Source of the DNA: Kudoa neothunni
Taxonomy: Eukaryota > Animalia > Cnidaria
Assembly: GCA_964304625.1 (NCBI GenBank)
Contig: OZ199840.1
Location: 3,882,490 to 3,946,489, forward strand
Reading direction: 5' to 3'
Length of the DNA stretch: 64,000 nt
Shown here piece by piece: positions 28,101 to 42,200 of this stretch; within the stretch, counting starts at the first letter, position 1, and the number at the start of each line of letters is the position of its first letter. Position numbers and translations under genes: made by a program. The notes beneath the pieces were generated by a model that was not told where the DNA came from, did no database searches, and saw only the letters and a program-made list of their open reading frames with translations.

Positions 28101-31100
28101 TATTTAAAGTAACGTTAAAATGCTTTATTCGATAAAAACACGAATTTTTATCCACTTTTTAATACTATCTGTCATTATTAGTAAAAACATTCCCACTTAT
28201 TAAGGTTTCATTTATTTTATTTGAGATAAAATGTGGTTCTCCTTTTAAATTAATATTTTTTATTTAATGATAAATATATTTTTTAATTTTCAGTAATTCA
28301 CAACTTTTTATGATATGTATTGAACAAAATCGATTTTTTAGTTTTCTAAAGATACCTTGTACCCTTGGTAGGCAGGTGAACACAACAAAATCTTCATTCA
28401 AAAGTGTATTTATTGATTCAGTGTAGACGGGACTATCTAGCATTAACGAAAAAGCAGACACTCGTGTGTGTCTGAGGTCAAACAAAATTTGTAAAGGCTC
28501 ATTTATCACTAATTTTTTGTGATCTAAAATTAGTCAAATAATAAAAATATATATAGATAAATATAATTTACCGTAGTGTAACACACGAATAATATCATCA
28601 TTGTCGGAACAAATTTCAAAAATAGGAGATAATGATAACTCTTTGTAGATGAGTTCAACGGAGTGGGTTCCAGTATTCTGAAGGTTTAAATTGAATTCTA
28701 GTATTTCCTCAGAGAACTTTTCACTATGTAAAACGAAATCCTCAATATCGGCAACTGTAGAAGAGGATACAGTCTCCAAAGCTTTCACGCGTAATTGGAA
28801 GTCAGTTGAAGACCAATTCAAACTTGGATTAGAGATACTAACCCACAGTCTGTAGGGTTTGTTTGTCTGGACGCCATTTTTTTGAATGTATATTTTGTCG
28901 ATAATCTCAAACTATCGTCCCAAAAAATCAACTTTTATTTTTGATATGAACAACAAACAAATATGGTTACATTGATTTTAGAATTTTTATCGCCATCGGT
29001 CCCGTCAATAACATGAAACTTGTAGAATTTATCTTTGTCCAAATAGAGCCTATGCACTCCTAGTTGTTGAGACACGAATGTATTTCAACATAGTTACCAT
29101 CTGATCCAATAACCACTTCAATATCATCTAAAGCGAGTGCAGAATCATTCTCTTGCATTTATTATGAAGTGAGAGAGTCTATCAATCTGGAAAACAATGA
29201 TAAATATATTGTACAAATGCAATATTCTAGAAGAGATTCACATTTTTGAAGAGCGGTATGCTGAGAGGTATTTTAGTGAGATGACCTTTCTAACAATTTG
29301 AGTGCTCTGCACAATAAATGGAATGGCATATAGTTCCATGTCTTGAATTTTGTTTTTGATTTTCATATCAAAGAGGTGGAGTCCCAGAGTTTTTGGAATC
29401 ATGTGACCTTTTTAAATGGATAAGAGATAAACAAATATTTTCTATTTATTATATCTAATAGCTTTTACCGATAATATTTAAATAATTTAAAATATGGAGT
29501 TAAATTAAAATAATATATTTGTAAAAATTGTGTTAAATCATAATTAATTGAATTAATTCCCCATTTATTGTTATCTAGATAATAAGATTTAAGAAATATA
29601 AGTTTATAGTTGATTTATTATATTGTAAATATTTTAATTATCAATAAAAACTATAAATTAAGCCATATTTCATACTTTTTACCAATGAAACAAATACCGT
29701 GTTTCCCGATTATGTGACCTAATGGTGCTCTTGGGTAAGATTTTAATATCATTACCCCAAAATAAGACTTTATGATATTCTTGAACTAGCTTTTGATTTG
29801 ACTTGGTAAAAATACTCAAAATCTGGATGTTCTGAATCATATAACAAAATATCTCTAACAATGTAATTTTACTTCAAATTTAATAATAATAACAATTTTA
29901 AAAGTAAATACTCATTAAACGTATAGATTTTAATGATCCATTGTCATTATATCATAATTTTTAACGACAAATTAGACATACGCATCGAATTATATATTTC
30001 ATAATGTGATTCTTCAAATAAAAATATATTTTTTCGGTTAACATAAATATTTTTTTATTCAGCTATATGAGCTCAGTAACGTATAGGTAATGTTGCCTGT
30101 TAAAAATACAAAGCCTAGTGCCTCTTATTAAATTAAAACAAAATACAAGACCTGTCATACTCAGGAAAGACAGTAAAAGCTTATTAGTTTAGTAGTTTAT
30201 TAATAAGATTTAATACTTCGAAAATATTGTTGCTAACATGTTTTGCCTTCACAGTATCTTTGTGATTGTTTTGCACACATATAAGGGTACATGCGAGGGT
30301 TTTCTCATTGACATATTTCAATTCACAAGATGAATCCATTCGCGCCGAAAACCCCCTTAGGTATAAATGTCTTGGACAAGAGGAGTTTTCGAAAGGATGT
30401 TCTCCAAAAGCAATGACATGACATTTGGTCTGCGAGGGTTGATCACATACGGTGAATTCGTAAGGCGAACCTATGATTTGTTTATTATTGGACTCCATAT
30501 GGATTAAGTGTTTTCCTAGATCAAATGAATAAATAGCACAACAAAATTAAATAAAATACCTGGATTTGTTAGATAAATGTACACCAAACACAATCCTTTC
30601 ACAATAGGTTTCACGTAAAATGTTACCGGATACCCGGGCATGATTTTCAACTGACAATTGGAAGTCCTGTGTGCTCAATCTACGTGCGTCTATCAGGAAT
30701 TCTCCAATAGACAGATCTCGAACGTTTGGCCTATATTCCAAATAAAAAATATATTTTGTTTCAATAAATTTGTTATTTAGCAAAAAAGAGCATAGATAGA
30801 TTAAAATTCCTCCTACATAACCCAATAATAAGAACACATTAAATTTACCTCTTGAATACACATGCACTGCATGTTTCAATTTGTCTTCATAGTGGAAACT
30901 AATGCAATCAAATTGGAAGATCGATAAAATATTTGTAAATCGTATTGTCGCAGGCTGGACGCTTGTACAGTAACGAAATACCATCCATTACCATAGTTAA
31001 TGCTTCCAATCGATTCTTTTTGGACTTTTTTTTCGTTTATTATTTTCGCATAAACATTATTGATGTTGTTGTCCATTGATTTTTGAAATTTAGGAGCGTA

Positions 31101-34100
31101 ATCAACAATTTCATAAGATGAGGCATCCACCCAAAAGAAATATTCTTTTAGATTCGCAGTGCTGATGTCAATAAGAAATTTTCGATCATACACAACAATG
31201 GATTTTGGGAAATCAATCATCATTCTAAACACATATTTTCCAATGCTTTCACTGCTTTTATCATCAATTTTAATTGAATGGTTTCCAAAGACGGACGGTA
31301 TAAAAAGCACTTTCAGAATTCGATCATGATTAGGATCATCTGAGTTGATTTCTTCTGACACTTTTTTCACTATATTCTGTCCATCATAACCTTAATGGTG
31401 ATTGTTGAACTCTATTATTTGAGATTTAGTTAAATGTGAGTAGACGAAGAATTTTAAATTGAGTACATCCATTGTTTTTGTTTTGTCATATATACGAATG
31501 TGGTTAGGATACTCGTATTCGAAATTGGGTACGCTGGTGACATAGAACGGTTGAGGAAGTAACTTCAAAATACCAAAATCAGTTCTTATCACACCTTCTG
31601 CCACGTTAAGACCAACTCTTTTAAAGGTGTAGTATTCGTGTATGTATTAAGAATTATGCCAAAACCTAATGAAGTGGTTAATTTACCGGCATGTTGGTAT
31701 GGATTCGAAGCCATTGGCTTGAAGAGTCGTTGGTATCAATGAGTGTAGCTTGTATGAATGATTTGTCTGATAAGCAAAGCTCTCTGGGAATACATCAGAA
31801 TCACACATTGGAAGAGTGAGCGGAAAATCAAAATAATGAGTAACATCGACCATAGGGTTTAGACCGTATGGTTGAGGGTATTGTAGATACCAACACTTTT
31901 GTTGACATTCAGCACAAAAGGGCTGTTGGAACACGACTTGCAATCAATGGAACAATCCACCGTGTAGCCCCTTTAAAAGGGGGTAAAATGTCACGCAAAC
32001 TATCCTCTCAATGATTTGTTGCGAATGGAAAACTACATCAGTCGGACCGGTAACATTAACGCTGATTATACCATTGGTGGCACATCGACAATCGAGGAGA
32101 GTTTGAATCGGTTTAAATTCACACAACTCTTTATCACCTAAATTAGAAGTTGATTAGGAGACTTTGATTTTATATATGTGATGAAACTTTTACAATAAAT
32201 TCGAATGTTGCAATAATCTTTAGGATGCGCCTTAAATTTTGCTGACGATATTTTCAACCCGCCAAAATATAGCACTATTTTATAGTTTCCTTCAGTCGAG
32301 CATATTAGCGGGATTAGAAAAATTCCATTGCCATAATAATGCGCGTAAATGCTATTGGATTTTCCATTATTGAACTTCACTATTACGCGTAAAATGTGGA
32401 GTGCACCTCGCGCTCCAACAACGTTAACTCTTGCATATTATCAACTTGAAGTATCAATGTGAAAACAGTATTCACCACACATCATATTTCACCAAAATGT
32501 CCACATCGTTGCAAGATATCTAAACAAATTAGACATCAATATTTTTCTTTAGATAATTAAATATCAGAATATTTATTTATATTTTTATAAAGTCAATAAA
32601 AATTAATTTATTTTAAATTTAATGGTACATTCGGAACGAGATTGAGAAAAAGAATATGTTGTAGCTTTGCAGCAGCTGTTGGTAGGCAACGTCTACTCTA
32701 ATTATTCCAGACTGTTTGGTATCATTGAATGTGGTTGTACTTCACCATAATAACTGTATTCTGTGTCGTTAATTCGAATGACATCGAGTGAACGCCATTA
32801 GGATCTATTCCATAGATTTGAGCCTTCGTAATGTTTGTCAATAGCAACAAAATTGTTTAAACAATACTTTATCGATAGATCTAATGGCAAAGGGGAACAC
32901 TTCGCCAACTGTTGAGGAAGTGGCTGATTTGACGATCAGCCCAATGGACTTGAGTTCAAGGACGTTGTTTTTATCGGTTAACATTTGCACTTGAATGATA
33001 TGTAAACCAACTCCTTGAGGCTGAACAGTTAGCTAACGTAAATTGGTTAATTATCGATCTAATAAAAAGTCGAAAAATCATTGTAAGATACTTGGAATTC
33101 ACCATTGCTCAGCCTAGTGGCCAATACAGGTAGTACAGTATTGGGATAGGTGATCGACCTCATTTCAGCTATAATATTGCAATTTTCGTTAACCTGTATA
33201 GGAGCATAATTTGTTCCAATAGTCAATGATGAAACTGTCACAATCTCTGGTCGATACGGTATGTAACACATACTGTTAACCAATCCTTCATCGGGCAGGA
33301 CCGTCCTGTAAAATATGAGGTGGTGTCGGTTTCACTGTGAATATCTTTTTGCATAGATTGATATTTTGGCCTCTGTCTTGAATAAACATTTGATAAACGG
33401 CCTAAAAATATTTTTAATATAATAAAGACTATTATATCTCATTTGTTGACAAATTTTAAAATATTATATATTAATTAATTCTAAATAAAATATTAATCCG
33501 TTAGAATATATAAAATTAATATAATGTAGGCAGAGTTATATTGTGTACCTGGTAAACTACAGACGCATATGACATGAGTGCAACAGGTAGACTGACGTGA
33601 CAAAAGGAAATCCACAGGAGCCGGTCCCTTGAATAGCAACGAACAAGGAAGCAATACTCAGCGTTGGTGTAAATGTTATTATTTTCCCCACAAATAGGTC
33701 ATTTTCACTCTCAACGTAATAGTAGGAGTTTTTTTCTTCATTCTCACTTTTGTTCAAAACTTTTATTTTCACTGGGAAATTTGGAAGGTTAACCTCATCC
33801 AACATAATGCAAAGATCATGAATTCCTGGAAATTTTATTTGTAATGGTATTCTCATCCCAATTCGATCCCATAGGATCAGCGTTAAACAAGGTTGTCCTC
33901 TTTTTGGTTTGACGACTTCACATGATACTAATATCAAATTTATTAGTTGACATATTACTTTAAATATCACCTTTGGGGTGAGATTCGACAGACGCTGCGT
34001 TGACAACGAATATTTCAAGTTGTATCTTTTGTTGGTAAAGATTCCATCTGCAATCAAACTCTCTAAATTCACCAACCTGAATCTATAATGGAAATTAATT

Positions 34101-36874
34101 TAAACAATTTTTAAGAAACAAACGTTTTAATATTACATAAGGCAAAGAAGATGCTTTGACAATTTTGAAAGGCCATGTCAAGGTGTTTCGAATCCCCTCT
34201 GCTGTGTAGTAGATGTCAAAGAAATAACTACCCGGTTTGTGAAGATTAAAAGAGCGTCGGTTTGCGTGATACTTTTTTCGACGGTTTGTACATTAAAATT
34301 TTTCAAATTAACCGCTCTAATCTCAACCGATTCAACCACAACTCTGGTCTTTTGTAGATGGGGACAACAATGTCGGTGAATGCAGTCAAAGGGTTGTACA
34401 ATGAAAAACTCTCAGAATAAATGTGTGGGTAAATATAAATGTCTTTTTTATGTAGCATAATTCTTCGTGAAAAAAACTTTCATTTTATATCTTCCACTGC
34501 GCTCAAAAATCAATTTTCCAATCAACCTTGATTTTTCATATTCTACCTGTGCCAAAATAAACTCAAACCCCTCAAACGCAATCTTAAAACATTCTGGTCT
34601 AAGTTCGCTGGTGTTCTTTGATTTAATTTCAAATTTGTAGATTTCATTCACAAATGAACATTTTTCACCGATTCAACTATTTCTATAAAAGAGTAGTTGG
34701 TTGAAATTATTTTTCTAGGACTCTGCAGAACAGAGTAATCATGAAATGTAGCGTTGATATAATAGATTCCTGCAAGTTTACACTGGAATTTCCCACTGAT
34801 TATTCCTTCACATTCGTAGTCAACATCCAAATCTTGGATTGGAATGATATCAAGCTTTCCACCCGCGTATGCTCCAAACACATTAAACAATTGCCTCACT
34901 TCTTATGGGTCAAATTGAAATAATCAGGAATGTTTAACAATTGTTATAATCAATAGAAAATCTAGCAATAGAACCTGTTCTAATAATTTCGCTATCTATA
35001 AAATTAAATTTAATTATTAATTAATCACTGCATCGACTATTTATTTAATCAAGTACTTTCCATTAATAAGCTCGACATAGAAGGAGTGATTAGAGTGAGA
35101 ATTTCCTCGATTCCACCTCAATCTCCTTGTTATTGACTAGAAGCCCCGCAACTGCTCAAAGTACGTCATCGGAGTGTATTGAAAAACAAATATATTCGTG
35201 TTATCTTGGAATCCATGGCTATGGGTTTCAATTTGTATATATTTTGGCTGTCGGTAATTTGCACCATCAAATTATCTGTTGTAATCGTCTTGTCTGTCTA
35301 ACATAAAATTTTAATATTTAACCACTGATATTTTTTATTATTTTATATTTACGAAGATATAAATTCAAACTGAGTTGGAAAAAACATCATGCAACTATTG
35401 CTAACACCCTTTCCGGCCAACTGATAACCCTCTAAAAATAAAATTAGTCTCGAGTTTACTGTAGTTTAAAAGTTCTATTTTTGTATAATACCTCCGTAGA
35501 CCTTTTGCACGTTGAATAAGATTGAAAAATTTTCAATGATTTTATTGTCGATAACAAGCTTGGAAATGTGTTGGCCTTCATGTAAAGGAATAAACGTTGC
35601 AGTGTAGTTGATATTGTTGATTGTGACATGAAAATTTTGTTATTGGTCTTTGTGTCCTTATCACAACAATAATGCTCACATTTTCGCAGTAATTTTATAT
35701 TTGACATCAATACAAACTTGAGCTCATTACCAACCGAGTAGTTTGAACCATTACCTATATATCAAAGATATTCTATGGAAATATGTAACAAACAAATATT
35801 ATTCTACCTTCAAGTGTAAATTTCAGTTTATCTTCATATGTAAGCCATTCATGTTTTTTGGTGGGCATATCATTTCTTGTATCGTTATTCACATTGTAGA
35901 ATTGCGACAAATAGGTCAATAAAACTTCCTCTGGAAGGGTTGTTGCAGCCATTTCATTTCCTTTTATTATCTGAGGAATTTTCAACACTTTTTCAGCTAG
36001 TACTAATGCGTTTTCGCAATTGATATCACAATTTTTCTTATCCAAACTGTTCCAATTTGGTATGGTTTCGGGTTTTATGGCATTAACAAGACAGGATAAA
36101 ACTACACCATCATTCCAATCTTCGCTGAAATTTTGTATTTTAATCTATTGTATTAAAATCAAATATTTTATTAATGTTAAATAAAAATAATATTTTATGT
36201 TCATGAATATTTTAGGGATTTCTTTGTTTGTTTATTTATTTGAAATATTAACAACTCAACAAAAACTCACATTAGGCCCTATTTTCGTATTGATCCATGT
36301 TCTGACTTTATCTCTTATAGCATTTAACGATAAGTCAGTGGTTTTCATTCCAAAAATATCTGAATTCACCACCTGAAAGTGTACGATCATTGACCAAATC
36401 AATCGTAACATCTGGCCTTCGTCACTCGCCAACAAACCACTTGTATCTATTGTAATGAGTTAGCATGAACTTATATATACATGAAACAATAGTTATAAAA
36501 TATCTAACCTAAATTAATCATTTTGACGCCTAGTTCTTCTAAATAATTTAGGGATTGGGCAATATTATTAAAATGATGAATTTTCCATCTAGGACTTTTC
36601 TCGTAGACAAACGGCACATTTTTCCCAACAACAACTTCTATCAGATGTATAAAATTATTGCTACTTAAAAACAACTCCTTCAAGCTGTTTATTGAGAGAC
36701 CAACAGTGGCCAACTTTCCATTGCACCATCGCACGAATACCTTATTCAACACATCTATCCACGTTGAATTTCTATTCGCTAAATCCAACTGACACTATAT
36801 CAATAGTTGTTGTCATTTTGCACATAATCACGTATAAAATTAACTAATTCATCGCGTTTTTCTTCAGATTCCAT
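25174..36874 (-). CDS. Filamin-like actin-binding protein (2 CH domains plus many diverged Ig-filamin repeats); rod exons carry numerous frameshifts (pseudogene or assembly errors)
   Basis: CH1 (WIDVLNKVFVRWCN..LIEVV..NIAQSLNYLEELGVKMINL..LIWSMIVHFQ) and CH2 (IQNFSEDWNDGVVLSCLVNAIKP..AEKVLKIPQII..LLTYLSQF). Repeat motifs IIGSPYEFTV, LQSPRKI, PNFPVKIKV, GNGWYFV, FIPLHEGQH. 3' end approximate. Confidence 0.78.
25883..25904. repeat. (TA)n microsatellite; others near 5117, 21850, 49350 and 54998
   Basis: Direct reading. Confidence 0.9.
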
Positions 36875-37599
36875 TTTACTTTCTACACAGCCCACAGTGG
36901 TCGGTAAAATAAAACACAAAGTTCTTTTACTTGTTTCATTATTCCCAACTGAAAACACAAATATTAGTTAACACGTTCGTGTTAGAAAGTTATTTTAAGG
37001 GTATTTAAATAATTTTTACATGATTTAACCTTATTTTTAATGCTGTAATATTTATTTTAAATGATAAAATGTTTCAAGAATTAGTTCATGTGTTGTCAAC
37101 AACGAATAACTCCTATATATATTATGAATCTCTTTTTCTGTAATATAAAGATAAATAATTAATTTGATAAATTTTTATAAATAATAATTTGTTTCATTTG
37201 AAAAAGTGAGAAGCATAAAATTTTCGGTGGTTTTTTGTTTTCCACAAAGGAAAACGGGAACAACCATCACCGTCATTAAATTCATTACGTCAACGCACCT
37301 TCGGCTCAAAATCATCAAAACTAAGCTTTATTCTTGTTATTTTTATCATTAAAATTGATATAAATTATTTTTATGCTTTTACTAGTTTAAATTTGATATA
37401 TTATTATTGGCCCATTATACGAAAAAAATAATTCCACCTTAGAAAGATTGATATTGGAAAGTTTGGTCACGTGATTATAATTCTTCGATTATCACTAAAT
37501 TAAAAAAACAGGGGAATAAGTTGTTTAACCAATAATAATATAAAATAACTTTCAGCTTGAACTTTAATGATTTATATTCTCATCCAATAATGGGAAGTA

Positions 37600-37850
37600 C
37601 AGTATGTAACCGATTTCACGCACTTTTTAAAAGCCTATTTAATTTGAATATTGGCTGGTCATTGCTTTTATAATATTTTTCTTGTAATATTTCAATCAAA
37701 ATTTTTAAAATAATTATTATTAAAAAGTTGCTAAATAACGTAACTACAAAATTTTTAAAATAATTATTATTAAAAAGTTGCTAAATAACGTAACTAAAAG
37801 TCACGTGATTGACCAATTTTCATGTACTTTTTTCGGGTATTTCTTGTTTA
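37600..37850 (+). mobile_element. Left part of a TA-flanked non-autonomous element related to those at 4830 and 46579
   Basis: TA|CAGTATGTAACCGATTTCACGCAC resembles TA|CAGTCAGTGACCGGTTTTACGCAC (46579). Both carry TCACGTGATTG about 150 nt inside once later insertions are removed. Confidence 0.45.
37697..37796. repeat. Perfect 50-bp tandem duplication
   Basis: caaaatttttaaaataattattattaaaaagttgctaaataacgtaacta at 37697-37746 and 37747-37796. Confidence 0.95.
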
Positions 37851-38399
37851 TTATTTTGTTAAGTCAAAATTTAATTCCAAAAAACTCCTATAACTATACC
37901 TATTGCCGAACAGTACAATATTACTTATTATTATGAAAATCTCCAATCTTACGACCCCAAAATTGTCATTGTATCACGTTTTAAAATATCTATTATCTCA
38001 GCTCCTAATGACATCCTAGAGATGAAAAATAAAATAATCGAAACCTATAAATGTTTTTGGAATCTAAAAATAGAAATTATTTTCGTGCAGGAAAATTTAA
38101 TTATGTTGATGTAGATGTATATGAGTAGGTTGAGTGGACACGAAGCAAAAAGATTGTAGTAAGTGTCGTCATGATAATTATTAAGAGAAATCAATTACCA
38201 GGGGGAACAGATTTACCTTCATGTGAAATTCGTGGAGGGTTTCGTTGTTTAAAAAAAGACCCAACATTTAAAAATCAAATTTTATTAGCTAATCTGCTGA
38301 TGCTACGCCTGAAACTACTTCATAGTAGACCAATCAAATCAGAACATTTTTTAAAATATACTCTGAAAATTTTATTTACAACGTAGACGAAACGGTCTT

Positions 38400-38793
38400 A
38401 TTCTACCAATAGCAACAAGGGGAGTATTTGCACAACCACCCAAGTAGATACGCCAACCTTATACATAAAGATGGATAACATTGCTTAATTGACATTTGAT
38501 CAAGCATATAAAGAGGAAAGTTAGCTTCAACCGACTACTACCAAGACATAATCAGATGTTAATCCTATTGTTTTAACCGGGTAATCCGTTTAACAAACTT
38601 TGAATCAATAAAATCAGCATTTTCTAAACACTTTGGGGAACATTTTATAGTGTGAAAATTATTTAACGATTTTTTTAAAATTGAGCTTTTTTTTAATTTC
38701 ATATATCTCTCTATATGGAAAAAATTTTGACGCACATTCCTGCTAGCTGACACACACGGACACTTCAGCTTTATATATATCGTAGATAGTAGA
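38400..38793 (-). mobile_element. Helitron remnant (5' end plus PIF1-helicase fossil)
   Basis: Minus strand reads A|TCTACTATCTACGATATATATAAAGCTGAAGTGTCCGTGTGTG, a typical animal Helitron 5' end. Downstream fragments FPLYMLDQMSIKQCYPSL / KVGV / LVAIGRI resemble FPLRLAYAMTINKSQGQSL..KVGV..YVALSRV. 3' CTAG end not found. Confidence 0.5.
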
Positions 38794-39275
38794 TGTATAA
38801 TTTATTCATTTTTATTCCAATTTTCTTGATTATTTTTAAAATATTTAACCATATCAATCAACAAATCTCCGAATAAAATATAAACTATGATAAAAAACCA
38901 TTAACCACGCTATATCGAGACTCTACTGTAGATGTAATTTTGGTTCGTATCTAGAACGCATTTCTAGGGTTATTCTTTTATAAAGGCCATAAAATAGCGT
39001 TGTGAAATATAAACAAAATAATTTTATAATAGAAAATTAATTAAATAATCTATGGGTAAAATCTTTAATTAAATTAGAAAAATGAAATCCATTGATTTCC
39101 CTATTCCATTTATAAATCATAACTAGAATCGTTAGTGCTCCTTCTGTACACAATTAGGCCGATTACTATCAGCAATGAAGCCACTATAGGGGTCATTGCA
39201 TAAAGACTATATAAAAGGATTACCATTGACATTTCAAGAATTAATTGATTAATTTACAGGTATCTATTAGAGGAC

Positions 39276-42200
39276 CTAATAAAATAATAAACATAATATT
39301 GCTAAAATAAAATACGAGTTTTCATTCTTTGCGGCTATATGTTCATGCTTCTCTTTGGTATCTAATCATTTGATAATTTTTTATAATAATAATTACAAGA
39401 GTTTTACTATATGATAATTAGAATCGACATTAAGGAAATAATATTTATTTACCCTTTTTCAACTATTCTTATGACTTTTTGAATAATATCATCCATGTTG
39501 ATATTTGTATATTCGCTACTAATTTGTTGCTCCTCTATTTATATTATATTTATTTGAATAATTTATTTGTTTACTAAAAAAATTTATATATATTTAATAT
39601 ATGAGCTTTTATTTACCCTGACAACTTTGAAATTTTTGAATCTTTTTATATTATTATATATAAATCGATAATTAATAAAATATATATTTACATAAAATAT
39701 CATGTTTTTTGTAGCTTGAATAATCTTTCGCCTTTACACTCCAAACATATTCCTTTTCCCTCGACAATCCATTGAGGATAATAACACAATTATTGGCTGC
39801 ACAAGGATCGTCATCATTACACCAAGTGATTATCGATAATATTTCGCCTTTCTTCTCATGCAACATAAATGGACATTTCGGGTTTTCACCTTTTCCAGTA
39901 AACCCCACAACAATTTCTATTTCGTCATTTTCCTTATAATTCACCGAAACAGTGAGATCAGCATCGGCTATTAAAAATTATATAGGCAACAAATATTTTG
40001 AGCATAATACTTGTGATAATATCGTATGTTTTTACGTTTTTACCGTCAGATGGTTCCACAAATATTTTATACTTTTGTCCCAACGCTAGGTTAATTATTT
40101 TGAATTGAGTTTCACATTTGTTCTCACAAGCTCCCATTTCTTCGCATGTAGCCATATATGTTTGATTTGATTCACCATCCTTTTTAAGGTATACTCTACA
40201 TATTGGAAGAGAATTGTCCGCCTGGTATGGTGTAACTTTTGCAGTCCCAGCTTCTAATGTTGCTTGTGGGTTGGTTTCAGTTAATCCATTTCCTCCACCT
40301 ATTTAAATATAGAATTTAAATTTTGAATTTCATATTACTCGTTCTAAAAACCATTTTCTTGATATATCGACCATTAATTCCAAGATTAGCAATTTCTACT
40401 GATATCAGATACTTCGTACCAGCTTCTAAACAACTAATTGTATATGACTGTTGACAGTCAGTGGAACATGCAGCATTGCTAGTACTACACTTAGCCCTCG
40501 TTTCAGTAGATATGGTATTAGCTTTCGATATATTAATAGTACATGTTGGGGTTGAACCTTGATTTATTAAATTTTGATAAATACTAAGTTCCACGAGTTT
40601 AACACCAACATTAGAAATTTCAGATAAACTAACGCCAGCATCGCCCCCTATAAAAATTTATTAATTACATGAAAAATTTAAAAAACTTTTGTGGTATTGC
40701 TTGAACCCAACGGTATCGAATCTTCTTTTTATAATCACTCCAACCTTTTGATAATCACTGTTTAGGTTGATAACACCGTCTTGGCATAGTTGGTAACAAC
40801 CATCTGTCAGACCTCCGCATGCATTCAAAACATCACTTTCTTCATCTGCACCTGTTGAATCAACTTTAGATACCTTGATGTGACATATTTCATCATTATA
40901 AGGGCCTGAAGAAAAGTTTAGTTGAAGTTGATTGTTTTTATCGGCGATACTCGAAATTGAGTATATAACATGAGATTTTATTGGGATTGTATTATTTAGG
41001 AAAGTATTATTAGTATAATATATTATTCCAGGCCATATTAATGTTGAATTTATTTTGTAATAACTCATGAGCCTATCGACTGAGAAATCAGCGGACTTAG
41101 CTTCAACGTTGTTAGAATAATCTGATTTATATAAGGCAGTTTTTTGTGAGGAATTGGATAAGTCATTTTTCTCGTCAACACTCACGTCCCATTCAGTTTT
41201 TGAATTCGACATATACGATAATCTAACTTTGTTTTCATTATGAGTAATTTTATAGGTATTTGCCTGCGGATAATCTACAACAAATGTAAAATTTAATAAA
41301 ATATTTTAATACTTTTTCAATGTAATGTATAAGGAAAATTACCCATTTTAATCGGAAAAACTGACACTTTTTTACATTTTTTGGCTTGTTCATCTATTAA
41401 ACCATAACACACTGATATATATCGATCGACTTTGGAATTTAAATAATCCATTTCAATAGGATTAGATGTATCGCAATCAACAATGCAATCATTTGTAGCG
41501 GTGATGGTAGGGCAAACTGGTCTGTTGAATGACGGCGTTTTTTCGAAACTTGAAATTTTTATGACGCATTTATTATCGTTTGGAAATTCTGTAAGTTTAA
41601 TGGAGAATTTCTCAATATCTTCACCATTTTTTTGAACAAATTTTTGCTGAAGTTTACCATGTCTGGAGAAAGCTAAATAAATATACATTAAATGATTTAA
41701 GGTAAAAAGCGTAATACCTGGAATCGGGATTTTGACTGGTGGTGACTTTTTATCCACGTATATCATTAGTCTGTAATTGTACCTATTAAAATACGAATTT
41801 GCATCGAATTGGATACCATTGCATTTTTTAAGACCATCAACAATACATCCAATGCATGATTTTTGTATTTTTGTTGGTGAAACTATTTCAAATAAATAAA
41901 ATAATATGAGAGAGCATATTACATTCATCTGCTTCATGTTTATATAGCTGATAATAACAATTAGTATTAGCGGCATCATCAATTGTAGATTTAGGAGTTA
42001 TTATAAGGCGATTTTTCTCATTTTCAGAAATTTCAAAATCAACTTTACTGCCAACTATTATAGATTTTTTAAAATAGTGATAAATTTTATTACTTGTTGA
42101 CTTGTTCAACATTTCTAAAACTTCATAATTTCCGCTTGGTACAATTTTAATATCGTAGCTAGCACCAGAGTAAAGCCCAATAAGGGTAGCCGATGTGTTG

